In this document: one piece after another, positions 38,659-51,999 of the stretch
How the letters are laid out: each line of letters begins with the position of its first letter
How positions within the stretch are numbered: the stretch's first letter is position 1
From: Eledone cirrhosa
Taxonomy: Eukaryota
DNA length: 64,000 bases
Assembly (NCBI GenBank): GCA_964016885.1
Contig: OZ024741.1
Coordinates: 147,808,001-147,872,000, forward strand
Direction: 5' to 3'
The notes under the pieces: model-generated
Databases searched by the model: none
What the model was told of the DNA's origin: nothing
What the model saw: the letters and a program-made list of their open reading frames with translations, nothing else
Program-made: the position numbers and the translations under genes

Positions 38659-39738
38659 ATGGATGAAAAAAATAATATTAGCGACTGTGATCGTACTTTA
38701 GAGGAGTTAAATAGTGAAATGGTGAATGCTTATTTTCCAGTTATAATGTATCTGGCAATTGCTATGACGTTTGGATCAGACGGAAATGTCTTTGTATCTT
38801 ATATATACTATTATAAATTAGAGAATACGGCCACATCTATGTTCGTTGTAGCGCTTTCTGCGTGCGACATTCTTATTTCTACTATATGCATACCAATGGA
38901 ACTTGTGGTTCTACATTTTTCATACACCTTTTACAATGATGTTGCTTGCCGCTTGATACGTTTTATTGTTGCAGTAGCAATAATGAATTCAGCCTTGATT
39001 GTATTCATTATAGCAGTTGATAGATACTTACTTGTATGTCAACCTCTTAAAAAACAAATTTCCCGTAAGAAGTCAAAGATAATCCTAGCATATTTAACAA
39101 TCATCGCCGCCATCTTGGGTCTGCCAGCAGTTCTTATATACAGCAGACAAAATTTAATGGTAAAACAATGTGGAAATATTGGAAAAGTGTGTTCATTTTC
39201 TGAGAATTTGGGTGGTTTAGTCTATCCTTTACTCTATTATTGTATATTGTTGCTTATTTCTACTTCTCTTTTTATTTTTCTCGTGATAATTTATTTATTA
39301 ATTGGAATACGTATTTGGAAAATTTCCAAAAGAAAGCAAAGTAGAAACTTCGAATTAGAAATATCGATAATTACGATGCAGCATCACAGCACACCCCAAT
39401 CTGAAACTACTGTTGCTACCGGAGATACTTTAAGTAATAAACAACCTGCGATTTGTGCAAAAAAATCAAGTAAAACATCTAGAACTAATATACTTTTGTT
39501 CACCATCACTTTGATCTGGATTATAAATTATTTACCACATCTATTTACCGCAATATTCCGGAGGATATTCGAAACTAATTTCTATGACACCAACACAATT
39601 GAAGATATTGTACTTTATAGGTTCTTAATGTATTCTTTTTACCTTAATTGTGCTGTAAACCCATTTATTTATGGAATTTTTAATAATAAGTTTCGTATTG
39701 AAATACTAAGTTTATTTCGTAGACTGTTTCATCAATAA
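38659..39738 (+). CDS. GPCR3: intronless class A GPCR, 359 aa, more distant paralog
   Basis: ATG at 38659 aligns with the GPCR2 start (the ORF track starts earlier at a TTG). GSDGN, LSACD, AVDRY, NYLP and NCAVNPFIY motifs. Confidence 0.93.
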   Translation: MDEKNNISDCDRTLEELNSEMVNAYFPVIMYLAIAMTFGSDGNVFVSYIYYYKLENTATSMFVVALSACDILISTICIPMELVVLHFSYTFYNDVACRLIRFIVAVAIMNSALIVFIIAVDRYLLVCQPLKKQISRKKSKIILAYLTIIAAILGLPAVLIYSRQNLMVKQCGNIGKVCSFSENLGGLVYPLLYYCILLLISTSLFIFLVIIYLLIGIRIWKISKRKQSRNFELEISIITMQHHSTPQSETTVATGDTLSNKQPAICAKKSSKTSRTNILLFTITLIWIINYLPHLFTAIFRRIFETNFYDTNTIEDIVLYRFLMYSFYLNCAVNPFIYGIFNNKFRIEILSLFRRLFHQ

Positions 39739-40944
39739 TATATTGAATTTATGAAAATAAATACAAATGTTCAGAATTCTTAACTATACAGATCTAACCA
39801 AAGTATATTTGACGATTACGAAAGATCTGCTTCGTACAAAAGGAGCCATAAGCACGAACCGTGATTTTGGGCAGAAAAATGCAGTTGCAGTACATTTCAC
39901 TACCGCAGCCATCCACTTTCTAGATTGCTGGAAGAACAGTAATCGATTCAACAGGTAGCAAATGATACAGTATGAATCACCTGAAGAACTGAAATAAACA
40001 CTCTTGTTGCCTTCTCCCAGCTAGGAAATTAACTGATGTTTTTGATAGTGTAGTTAATACCAATAAACAAGGGAAAGAAAGAGGAAAAAACTACCACTGA
40101 AATCACTGTATAAAAATTACTATTAAATTAATGGTATAAATTATGATTGTGATGAAATAAAAAAATATATATCAGAGTAATTATTGCGCTTTAGTTTTCA
40201 ACAACCGTGGAATTTCCAAGGGACCAGCTAGTTTTTATGAATGCTTTAGAATGCGCATTAAATGCCCTACATCCCATAATGTTGCTATAGTTTGGTTCAT
40301 TAATTGACCTACGGCATCCGACACGGTGGGAGATGTTTCTGTAAATGCGGTACATCCCTCTGGGGAGCAGCCTTAAAGTCTAAGCCATGGATCGTGTGTT
40401 AAGCGACCGGTATAACTATTGTTTTGTCCCTCAACTGAGACTTGGTTTACTCATAATTTTCTTAACGCATTTTTTAAAATAAAATTTTACAGGTATTTTT
40501 TTCACGATGAAAATTATGATTATGGTGATAACAAAAATAAAAGAAAGGTAAATTAAATTATTTTTAATACTTTGATTATTGTATATAACCCCATTTATTA
40601 ATGCTTTCATTTACTAAATAATTTCGATTTGTGTTTGTTGGAGGCTAAAACGTAAATTTTTGTTTATCATGCCTTCCAATTTCATATTGATAATCCTGAT
40701 GTTTTTTTGATAAACAATTTATATAAAGAATTATCTATATATATAAATGGAAGTGTTCTCCGTGTTTGACTAAACTCATCTCATCTCAACTCAATTGCAT
40801 AATCCCGATGAGATCCTTGCACTCTATCCATAAAACCTTCCTCTTCTTCCTGTCCAGAACGATCTTTTTCAGTATGAGCAGCGATATACCTATGTCCTCG
40901 CAAATTTGTACCTTCTATCGCTTGAGAAAATTACCCTATATATA

Positions 40945-42068
40945 TAAAGTGAGAGTAGGAATGGAGTTTAGTGAGGAATTCCAGATACAAGTAGGTGTAC
41001 ATCAGGGTTCGGTCCCCAGCCCGCTGTTGTTCATTATAGTCCTCCAAGCCATAACAGAGGAGTTTAAGACTGGATGCCCATGGGAACTTCTCTATGCTGA
41101 TGATCTAGTTCTTATAGCAGTATCAGTAGAGGAGCTAGAGAATAAATTCTGGCTATGGAAACAGCAGTTGGAATCAAGAGGACTGAGAGTGAACATAGAC
41201 AAAAGTGTTGGTAAGTAGAAGAGAGGACAAAACTCCGATTCCACCAGGGAAATGGCCATGTTCGATATGTAGAAAAGGAAGTGGCATAAATTCCATAAAA
41301 TGTACGCAATACAGATCTTGGGTACACAAGAGATGTAGTGGGATAGCAGGCAAACTAACAGGTAGGGAAAACTACGTATGCAGTAGATGTACAGGGAAAG
41401 TTGGCAGTAGTAATCGCAGTAATAGACACATTTTTCTAATGCAGGTGGGTTCTATAGCTTCCGGTACCAGGATGATCAGATTAGCATGGGAGGGGGGGGG
41501 TTGTTCCGAGGCCATAATATCTAGAATAAGGACGGGTTGGAAGAAGTTTAGGGAGCTGCTTCTTCTGTTGACAAAGAAGGGTTTCTCCCTGCGTACGAAA
41601 GGACGGTTATATGAGGCCTGTGTGAGATGTGCGATGCTGCATGGTAGTGAGACATGGGCAGCAACTGCAGAGGATATGCGACTGCTGGATAGAAATGAAG
41701 CAAGTATGCTCCGTTGGATGTGCAATGTCAATGTGCGTGAACAACCAAGCATAGATGAGTTGAGAGAGAAACTGGGTATAAGAGGGATAAGTTGTGGTGT
41801 GCAGGAGAGAAGGCTGAGCAGGTATGGCCATGTGATGCGCATGGAGGATTACCGCTGGGTAAAGAAGTGCCAAGAAATCCCATTAGAAGGAAGACGCAGT
41901 AGAGGTAAACCACGAAAAACATGGACGGAGGTGGTGAGAGCAGACCTCAGATCGCTGAAACTCACGGAGGAGATGGCGTGGGACCGTGACAAGTGGAGAG
42001 ATGCTGTGCTGAATAGGACCCGTCCAACCCTTGCAAGCAGGGAAAAGCGGACGTAAAATGATGATGGT
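40945..42068 (+). mobile_element. 5'-truncated RTE LINE, same family as 15740-18910
   Basis: QGSVPSP, YADD, WPCSIC, MLHGSETW and an (ATG)n tail. Confidence 0.9.
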
Positions 42069-42076
42069 GAATAAGG

Positions 42077-42122
<46 letters not shown>

Positions 42123-42126
<4 letters not shown>

Positions 42127-43190
42127 CCTTATTCCACCTGAAGACCAAACATGCTGATCTGACGAGAACGACGGAGAGATTGCGCTTCATTGACCCACAT
42201 CCGGCGCTCTTCCTTCTGAGGAACCTTCATCTCTCCTAAACCCTCTTCACGCTGTGCGGAGCACCTTGTTACCCTCACGCGGACCAGTACGTCCAACTCC
42301 ACGCCGCCATCTGATGTTGTGCTGAATTCATCTGCAAAGTTAATTTCGACAGCGCTGGCGATACTGCCCGTGAATTTTGGTAGCCTCAGCCTCCGAGCTA
42401 CTTCTGACATGGCTCTGCTGGCCAACTAGAATCAGATCTGGCTGAATTGGATATACGAACGCCTCACCTCCCCCTAGAATGCAGATGTCCAACGCAACTG
42501 GAATGATATCAAGTGCAGATCAACCTTCAAACGGATGGGATCTTCCTTGGACCATAAACTTTTGGCCTACCTCCGTTCTTCCTCGCAGCCAAACAGCGGC
42601 ACGTGGTATAATTCCGTGCTCTCCTCATCAACTGGTGCCCTCCGTGAAGATGAATGCATTCGAATGGGAGTGGCCTTGGCCTCCACGTATGTGAGCTGTT
42701 GTTTACAAGCTTGATCTGTACCCCACCCCCACCCCCCATCATGCAGTTATAGCGCATGTCGGTTCTCTCGATATGCCACTCTGAACGATAATCAGGAGCT
42801 TCGACGCAGTCGGCTTCCCGTCACAACTGGAGCCAGCTGGCCTCGACTGTGGTGATTATAAGTGCCCAGACGGGAGAACTCTCTTCCCATTCGAAGGAGG
42901 TAAATCCTTAATTTGAGACGCCACGTGCTGCAACCCATTCTTCGCATCCAGTCTTATCACTTTGGCCGCAAACTTGGCATATGTTACCTGTAATGCATAG
43001 GAGAGGGAGAAAACCAAATACCAGGGCTTGAATGACCGCTTTCTTTTCGATTGGTCACCGCCGAGATCTCAGGTATCCTTGTCCCTGAACTGCTGCTTTT
43101 TCCCGCGAAATCGAGGAGACTGCAGCATGTCTGAGGAAGCAATCCTCTGAGATAGGGTGGCAAAGAGTGTCGTTGGTTATTCTCCACGCA
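42123..43190 (+). mobile_element. Decayed CRE-like 3' fragment (restriction-like endonuclease region)
   Basis: Reads ...CPDGRTLFPFEGGKSLI*DATCCN, similar to 44733-45263. Confidence 0.65.
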
Positions 43191-43199
43191 ATACAAGGT

Positions 43200-43750
43200 A
43201 GGATGATGCTCCGAGGCCATAGTATCTAGAATAAGGACAGCTGCTTCCTCTGTTGACAACGAAGAGTTTCTCCCTACGAACGAAAAGTCGTTTATATGAT
43301 GCCTGTGCTAGGTGTGTGATGCTGCATGGTAGTGAGACATAAGCAGCAACTGCGGAGGATATGCGATGACTGGAGAGAAATGAAGCAAGCATGCTCTGAT
43401 GGATGTGCAATGTCAATGTGCGTGAACGACCAAGCATAGACGAGTTGAGAAAGAAACTGTGTATAAGAGGGATAAACTGTAGTGTGCAGGAGAGAAGACT
43501 TCATTGGTATGGACATGTGATGCGCATGGAGGATGACCGCTGGGTAAAGAAGTGCCAAGAAGTCCCAGTGGAAGAAAAATGCAGTAGAGGAAGACCGCGA
43601 AAATTATGGGCGGAGGTGGTGAGAGCTGACCTCAGATTGCTGAAGCTCACAGAGGAGATGGCGAAGGACCGTGACGAATGGAAAGATGCTGTGCTGAAAA
43701 GGATCCGTTCCACCCTTGTGGATGTAAAACGATGATGAGGAGGAGGAGGA
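43200..43750 (+). mobile_element. RTE LINE 3' fragment
   Basis: RRLHWYGHVMRM and RGRPRKLW motifs. Confidence 0.88.
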
Positions 43751-44269
43751 TGCCTTTAAATATTGTTGTCCTAAATATACAAAGCCAAAAAGGACAGGAT
43801 AGCCATGGATGGAATGTTATCATCATTAACTAAGCTGTAGAGTAACATATATAATGTTATACAATTTAAAGAAGTAGCTATAATTTGTAAATATGTAGAC
43901 TTCACAAAGGGTTGTATGATGTCATTTTTATAACAAATTAAACAGTAAAGTTCAGTTGTTCAGTTAAAAGTTTATATCAACAGTTTATTGATATAGAAAT
44001 ATAGTAAAATTTTCACTGTTGAATCTCTACTTTTTAGGTATCCTGTATATTTTATACTGTTTCTTTATTATTTTAGAATATCAGATGACATTGGCATAAA
44101 ATAGTGTTATGTATCAGATGTATCATCAATATTTCTCATGTAGAAATAGGATGCATGTATAGCTTATAAATATTCTGGATCATAAATGAATTCTTTCATA
44201 TATACATAGCCAGAAATGCATTGGCAGTTATCTCCTGCTGCTTCATTAGGTCCACAAAATTCACGTACT

Positions 44270-44373
<104 letters not shown>

Positions 44374-44689
44374 CTCCATCATTCTCATTCCAATTTTTCT
44401 CTTCTTTACTTCTCTCTTTCTCTCTATAATCCTCTCATTTTCATCTTTAAACTCTCTCTCTTCCATTCTCTCCCTCTCTCCGTTTTTCTACCCAATATGG
44501 GGTTACATCTTAACCCGAATGTTTGCTATGCACATAGTAATCAGCTGTTTATAGCTACTTCCGCATTGAGATTCCAACAATTTTATGAAAGTTAATTTTT
44601 TTTTTTTTTAAATCTTTATTTTACTTATATTTTATCGATGACGTAGAAAATATATACAAACTGATCTACTTTCAGCTCTGGAACATAAG

Positions 44690-45550
44690 AGTATAACTTA
44701 ACAAATACTCTTTGTGTTTCGGGTGTGCAAAATCAGATCAATTTTACGGTCAAAGGAGAAGTAATGTGTCTTAATCCGTATCGTGAGCAAATGGGATCCC
44801 ACGTGGGCCTCCCCACAGCCCTGACGGACAGAATGGAGAAGGCGTTTCCCCGGAGGATGGTAAGGGAGATGCGTTGGAAGAGCCATCCCAACTCTCGAGG
44901 CTCACACCTGCGGCTGACCAGCTCAGCGCCTATGGTAGTGAATAGGGAGGTAGCCTTAGGGCCAAGGACACCAGAAGTCTCCACTTCCAAGGGCACGACT
45001 GCGAACCTGTCGGAGAGCGACCGGCACTTGGAGAGTTTGGTCTCCTCAGCCCGACGAGCAGCACAACATGGGTTAGTCGCAGACTGTACCTGGTTGCGGC
45101 TGCAGAAAGTGTTGCTGCAACTGGCATCCCAGACAAGGGGTTTGCCACCACGGAACGGGAAGATGGTCATACCGTCTGGAAAGCGGCCGGCACTGTAGCA
45201 AAAGGAAAGCGGGTGGAGGCCGAAATAGTCCACGGTGGGATTCACAGCGACATTTATGTCCAAGCCTCAAGGAAACGTTGATGCGCAAGCTATCGTTTTC
45301 CAGCTGCGTGCCAGGGGAGAAAGAGGGCAAGGCATGGAGCCAGACACCACTGTAGGGTTTGGAGGCCGTGCGAAAACAGGCAAGGCGGTACTGGTCGAGC
45401 TGGCGCGTGAGCCAGTCTGAGGCCAGGCTGTACTGGATGGCAACCCAAATACAGCAAGGGGAGAGGGAGGAGGGACGTCTACTGGGCTAAATCCCAGCCG
45501 GTCCCACGTCTCACAGGTGGCCTCACGTTCCCTGATCACAGAGGGTTCCA
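44690..45550 (-). mobile_element. CRE-like 3' fragment encoding a restriction-like endonuclease
   Basis: RFPDGMTIFPFRGGKPLVWDASC...PLEVETSG...QRISLTILRGNA, a PD..D RLE signature. Confidence 0.85.
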
Positions 45551-45619
45551 TTGTTATACACTCATTGCTTCAATCCTTTTTCAATTAATGTTTACACACA
45601 CACACACACACACACACAT

Positions 45620-45677
<58 letters not shown>

Positions 45678-45936
45678 GATTGGTGTCTGATCATGCAGTT
45701 AGCCCACCAGGAGTGAGTGATCTCTGGTCCTTGTTAGGCCATCATTTTAGGAGAAGGAAAACTCTGATGTAAAATCTGCGACTCAATGGCAACCAATGAT
45801 GGTGACCTCTTCTTCTTTTTGGATACCTGTCACTGAGAGAGAGTTTGGTCCAGTAAAAGACCTTTCTTCAATTAAAGCTTCAAGCACAAGCATTACTTGC
45901 TCTAAATGGCTTACACATGTGTTACATGAGCATGGC

Positions 45937-47004
45937 TGTCAGTAGCCTAAATGGGCTTTTTTTTTTATTTCGCTGCAGTTAACTCTAAGAACATATTTCC
46001 TCCTATACCTTACTTTATCCCTAAGTTATCCTTCTTTCTAATTGTTTGCGTTTTACCTATGGCCTACGTAGCATGTAACTCTATACTCATTCATTCTAAC
46101 TGCAAGGGTCCCCCATGCTGGTTTCTTAAAATTACTTTCTATAATTTTCTTCCTTCCTTTATATTATTCCTAAGCTATTTCTGGCTCTTTTTTCCCTAGC
46201 ACAAGTTGATCTTCCTCCCTTATATAAGTTATTTCCAGTTCTTTTTTCCCCCAGCACAGGTTGAAAAGGTGGTTAAGCCAACGAAATGCATGTTCCTATT
46301 ATGTTTTCATTGTAGAGCTGAACTTAATGATAATATATATATATGGAGGAATCCCATTTTGGACGCTTGTATTCGCGATCATATTCTTTCGGTCATTAGC
46401 TAAGATTTATGACCATAGCTAAGGGTTGACATGAATACCAAATTGAAGATAACGAGTTTAGCTTTTACATCTACCTCCCTTCTTCTGGTTACTGATTGAC
46501 AAAGTTGGCGTATTACTGCACCAGCTCATGCAATTCTTGCACTTAACTCAGTCTCCTGCCTTCCATCACTCATGAATATGGCTCTGAGATACTTGAACTT
46601 CTCCATCTGCTTCAATGGAACTTCATTCACATGCAGAGTGCACTCTGCAGGCTTCTTTGAGAAGACGAGTGTCTCAGTTTTTGCAGCACTAATTTTCTTT
46701 CCAGTCATGAAGCACTCAGTTTCAAACCTATCAAGTGCAAGTCAGAGATCACCTTCTGTTGAGTAACACCTTGTTGTCTGCAAATTCTAGCCGACTGATT
46801 TTACACCTGCCACTTCCAACCCGGCTGCACATGTCAATCCAATAAACAGGAGAGGAGACAGCATGCACCATTGGCAGAGTCTGATCCCACATTGAATGGT
46901 TTCAATTTAGCACCATTTATCTGAACACCTATACTCGAGCATTCATATAGAGGCATCAAAACAGAAAGAAGCTTGATATATAAACATGTTGGTTTTTTTT
47001 GTGT
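45937..47004. repeat. Outer right arm of the large palindrome
   Basis: Reverse complement of 18929-19989. Confidence 0.92.
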
Positions 47005-47509
47005 ATCGATTAGATTTTATAATTTATGCTCTGAGCTTAATGTTCATTGAGCTTTTTTGTTGAGAAACATAATCGATATATATTTTATATATATAATTTA
47101 AACCTAATTATAGTACATAACCTAATTATAGTACATAACTTCTCTAAATTTCTTTTAATCTGTAGAGCTGCCATAATGGGACTTGTCCAGGTCTATCTTT
47201 AACACACATTATGATCTGTCCTGTAATATCTGCCTTTCTGTTAGACATTATTTTGACACCATCTAGAGTTTATTCATGTGTCTTCCTTGGACAGGTAACT
47301 AGTAAGTATGCAGGATGAGATATATATAGAAAATCCATGGTCTTATTACCAAAATCGATAATTTTAATCATTAAAATCAATTGTATGCATCATTTTCTGA
47401 GATTCACGTAACAGTCCATATAAGTTTATTTTAAGCTATTTTGGCTTGATTCTATCTTTAAGTGAGTATATTTATTATTTGTTTCTATATATCGACAGTC
47501 GATCAACTT

Positions 47510-47710
47510 TCGTCAAATCGGACCGAGGGAACAATGTTTCCAATAGTCTTTCCTACTGCTAATATTATCTAACGGTCGTAACTCCATGTAGGAGCAACGT
47601 GAAATAAATTGTCTTGCCCAAGGACATAATACATCGCCCAGTCCGGGAATCGAACTCACAACCTCACGATTGCGAATCCAATTCTCTAACCGTTCATCCA
47701 CGCACCTTCA
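47510..47710 (-). mobile_element. Second tRNA-derived SINE family
   Basis: A-box-like TGGATGAACGG, B-box GTTCGATTCCC, then GTCCTTGGGCAAGAC. Confidence 0.7.
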
Positions 47711-49871
47711 CAAAATATATATATGTACAAAATATATATATACATATGTACAAAATATATATAAGTACATAATGCTAGTTTCTCAACTTGATATATGAAA
47801 AAGATTTTTTTATATATCATTTAAATATGTATATATATAGCTATTATTTCATATATGGTATGTATATTCTTGTGTCAACAAATAAAACATTTTAATTTAG
47901 CGGTTTTCATGGTTTTGTTCATCTCTAAACTTCATATCAGTGTGATTTTCCTCACAACAATATCACATTAGGCAGGCAACTACAACTACAGGTTTCATCA
48001 GCCACGGCAAGACATTTTCGCTACAATTGCCCCGATTCATTGAGAACTGCTTGACTCGCTGAGATACACACGCATCACTTGGACTCAACCAACGACACTT
48101 TCCAACTTCACACATCCTCACAACTCTCCCTACAATTAACTAGTGAGCCTTGTTACTCTGAAATTTCACCTGAAGATCCTGTGAGTGTGCATGTGAAACT
48201 CCTGGATAACAAGGCTTCTTAATTAGCCATATTAAATGAATGCGTAGCAGTAATTTAAACTCTTGTTCTGATTTTAGAGAAGTAGATCAGTGTGACCACA
48301 TATGCTGACCTCTGGGTAATACGTTGCTCATTTTGTTTTGTTTCAAAATCTGGTGTCACCCAGTCTGGAGAAGGGAGTCATTTGCAGTTTATCAAAGATT
48401 AACTAGCTTCTACACACATTCTGCTCTCATCCCTCAAACCAAAATCAGTTTGTTCCAGCAAGCAGAGACATGTAGTTGTTAACCAAACATGCTGTCTCTC
48501 CCTTGACAAGGGCCCACTAGCTTTATTCCCATTGACACTTCAATAAAGGTTAGGCCACACACAACTGTAAATATCATCTTTCAAACTCTTGCATACATGC
48601 ATACACAACAACAATACAGCTTTGTTTTCTATATTGTGAACAATTGCCTCGTAGCAGGTTATTAAATTAATAAATATATTTAAGTAGGGATTTGGTTTTT
48701 ATTTCATTACCTATATGATTTAGGTACATCACTTACCCAAGGAGTCATTACATCATCATCATCATAATAATAAACATTGTTGCTCACTTGCACACCCGCA
48801 ACCTTTGGTCATATATGCAAAGGCAGATCTATCTTCCTTCACCTATATGCTACACAATGGTGACCACATCACAAAACGAACCACAATAACAACTAACATC
48901 ACCAACTCTTCCCCTCACTACAATCAAATAACTTCTATTGCTACAAATGTATGTGTATGGTAAATAACATCAGAGGAATCATCTTTGGGTAAGTTCCAAT
49001 AGAGTATAGAGTACAAAATACTTTTATATCTGTCAGTATCCGAGTGTTAGCCAAAACCATAGACAGCATGGTGTGAGAACGTTTTAACTGTGGTGACAGA
49101 TAGAAATAGGACTGGGCGTCATATCCGCTAGAAAGATGTGCGAAGTACTAGTCACAGACTGCATCTCCACCGCAAAGTTGGAGCTAATGTCTGTGTGTAT
49201 GGGAAGAGCCATTTAATGACTTTGTGGCGGGTCCCTTGACTACAGGTTTTCATGGGCTGTTTTGTTGGCTGAATGCAGGTTGCTTCGCTTACCATACCAA
49301 ACTAAACCTAATTATCAAGAAGGCCTCTGACTCGAGTCAATATCACCTCGATTGTGGAGCCAGCAAGATTGTTCAGAGTTGATGGGAAATGACCAGGTGG
49401 TCTTATCTTGTGCCTCTGTGTAAGAGGTTGTTGCTACATTTGGGACTCTTTTGTTCCTTCTCGCATCCCGGATGCTGCGGTGAAGGTAAGGGTCACTGCA
49501 CACCTAACCAAACAATGAAATTCTGAAATACCAGGAATTATGAACAAATTATTTTTCCAGTTGGCGGCTCGCCTTACCAATGTATCAGGTAGTGTCCGCA
49601 ATGATGCTTGGTCATTCCAGCGCTTTAGCCTAGCTACCATCCACGACAATGCTATGAGTACGTTGGCTTACCTAAAGCATTTTAAAAACTCCAGTTCCTC
49701 TTATTATGGCGTGTAATTTAGTGTGCATGTCTGCTATAATTTTTTTCCTCTTTTATTCTTATATTAACAGTAGTACCTGATTTGTTCGGGAAAATGATGA
49801 CTCAGTCAGTGACCAATTTCCTGGAACATAATAATGGTAACTCTGCATAAATATATTATTTGAAACACATA

Positions 49872-50170
<299 letters not shown>

Positions 50171-50226
50171 CACGTTTTCTTGCTTTTGTCCTACAATGTA
50201 GAACTTCAGGAAATAGAGTTCTATAA

Positions 50227-51224
50227 TCTATATATATAAAACTGTGGTTGTCTGTCTGTCTATCGATTTTTGGCACACATCTCCTCTTAGAATCTCTCAC
50301 GGAATTGCACCGAAATTGCTATACTTGTACATTGAGCCCTAGCGAAGACATCGGAAAAAAAAAATTTCAAATTGACCCACCCTATCTGACGAAATCGAAT
50401 ATAATGTATCGATTTTTGAGCGTAAGTTATCAGTTATTTCCCTTTGTTCTGTTTACATTGAGCGTCTTACGTAAAAAATTACGCTGGCTTTCTCAGCGTT
50501 TAAAATGACATTAACACAATACACGAACAGTTCGAACACTAAGCTTCCGTTTAGCTTCATTTCCATTTAAAAGCATTTTAAAACAATATTTTTACTTGAA
50601 AACAAGTCTATTTAAAGACTACGTAAAACAAGCAAATATTTCGTCGTTAGGCGTGCAGACAGACAGTCGTGCAGACAGACAGTCGTGCAGAGAGGTGATA
50701 TACGCGTGCAGACAGATAGTCGTGCAGAGAGGTGATATAGGCGTGCAGACAGACAGTCGTGCAGAGAGGTGATATAGGCGTGCAGACAGACAGTCGTGCA
50801 GACAGACAGTCGTGCAGAGAGGTGATATACGCGTGCAGACAGATAGTCGTGCAGAGAGGTGATATAGGCGTGCAGACAGACAGTCGTGCAGAGAGGTGAT
50901 ATAGGCGTGCAGACAGACATAACTGATAATTTGGTTACGCTAATGTTTTTCTCTGCGTTGCAGTGTTTACATTTTCGATCTTTGTTAATAAATAACCAGT
51001 GCAGTTTCTATCCCCAGCATCCTCTTTTGTTATAACATTCGGGTTATCGTTATGTTTTCTTAACTTCATAAGGCATATTGTTGGTTGAGGGAATATTAAT
51101 CAAAAACACCACATGCAAGTCTGCACAGTAGACACTACAGTTTTTAAGCCAAGAAAGAAACTTAACATTGTAACTTTAACACAGCTACTGAGCGACCCCG
51201 AGCAACGCCGGGCTTTACTGCTAG
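50227..51224 (+). mobile_element. Complete non-autonomous Helitron with internal minisatellite
   Basis: 5' A|TCTATATATATAAAA plus (GTCT)n. 3' hairpin CCCGAGCAACGCCGGG, then CTAG|T. Internal 16- and 21-bp units at about 50650-50918. Confidence 0.88.
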
Positions 51225-51705
51225 TCTGACATAAACATGAACAGCACGCAACTAGAGCCATGTCAGTTACTAACAGACACACTCCAGTCTACTGCAATAG
51301 CATATACTTTTCGGGGCTGGCTGACCTCATGCGACCTTCAGGCACTCCTTCCTCACTCGTCTCTCCGCTTCTCATCATACATATTTTTCCATCTCCTCGG
51401 ACCCTGTAATAACCACTACACACACACCATCCTCCCAGAATTCGTCTCCGGAATTCTTTCCCAGCACGTCTTTCGTGTAGGAGTCGACTCAGACGTCATG
51501 CAAAAATCATAGACAGAGACCCTTCCTCTAGACCTAGCAAATAATAATTAAAAAAACATCATACACAACCACTCACTACCACACCAACACATAACGAACC
51601 ACATACAATCATCACTACCATCACACAATACTCCTCCACTGCCGTTACAACATCGACAGAATCAATCTCATTTGTCATACACATTGTCTTTCTTTTCAAA
51701 GTAAT

Positions 51706-51722
51706 AGAGAGAAGAGAGAGAG

Positions 51723-51812
<90 letters not shown>
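51706..51812. repeat. (AG)n microsatellite
   Basis: Read directly. Confidence 0.97.
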
Positions 51813-51813
<1 letters not shown>

Positions 51814-51999
51814 AAATAATAAATGAAATTGACTAAGTAATAAGTGGATAAGTAGTAAGGTGTAGGTAGCAACACAAATATACACACATACGCACACTTA
51901 CATATGTAGCGTTGCAAAAGTTATGACCTAAGAACGCTGTCACCCTCACTCTCTGTAACAACGTTTTACCTTTTTTGTCACTTATGATTATTTTATTGA

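Noticed and set aside
40300-40450. GC-richer island conserved in both GPCR3/GPCR4 flanks, possible ncRNA
   Set aside because: Conservation is explained by the duplication. No recognisable RNA motif.
47510-47710. tRNA gene
   Set aside because: A and B boxes are present but I see no cloverleaf, and it continues into a SINE body.
49300-49680. Possible coding exon or LINE C-terminal relic
   Set aside because: Too decayed to assign from sequence alone.
50650-50918. Possible CRISPR-like array
   Set aside because: No unique spacers, no cas genes, eukaryotic context. It is a minisatellite inside a Helitron.
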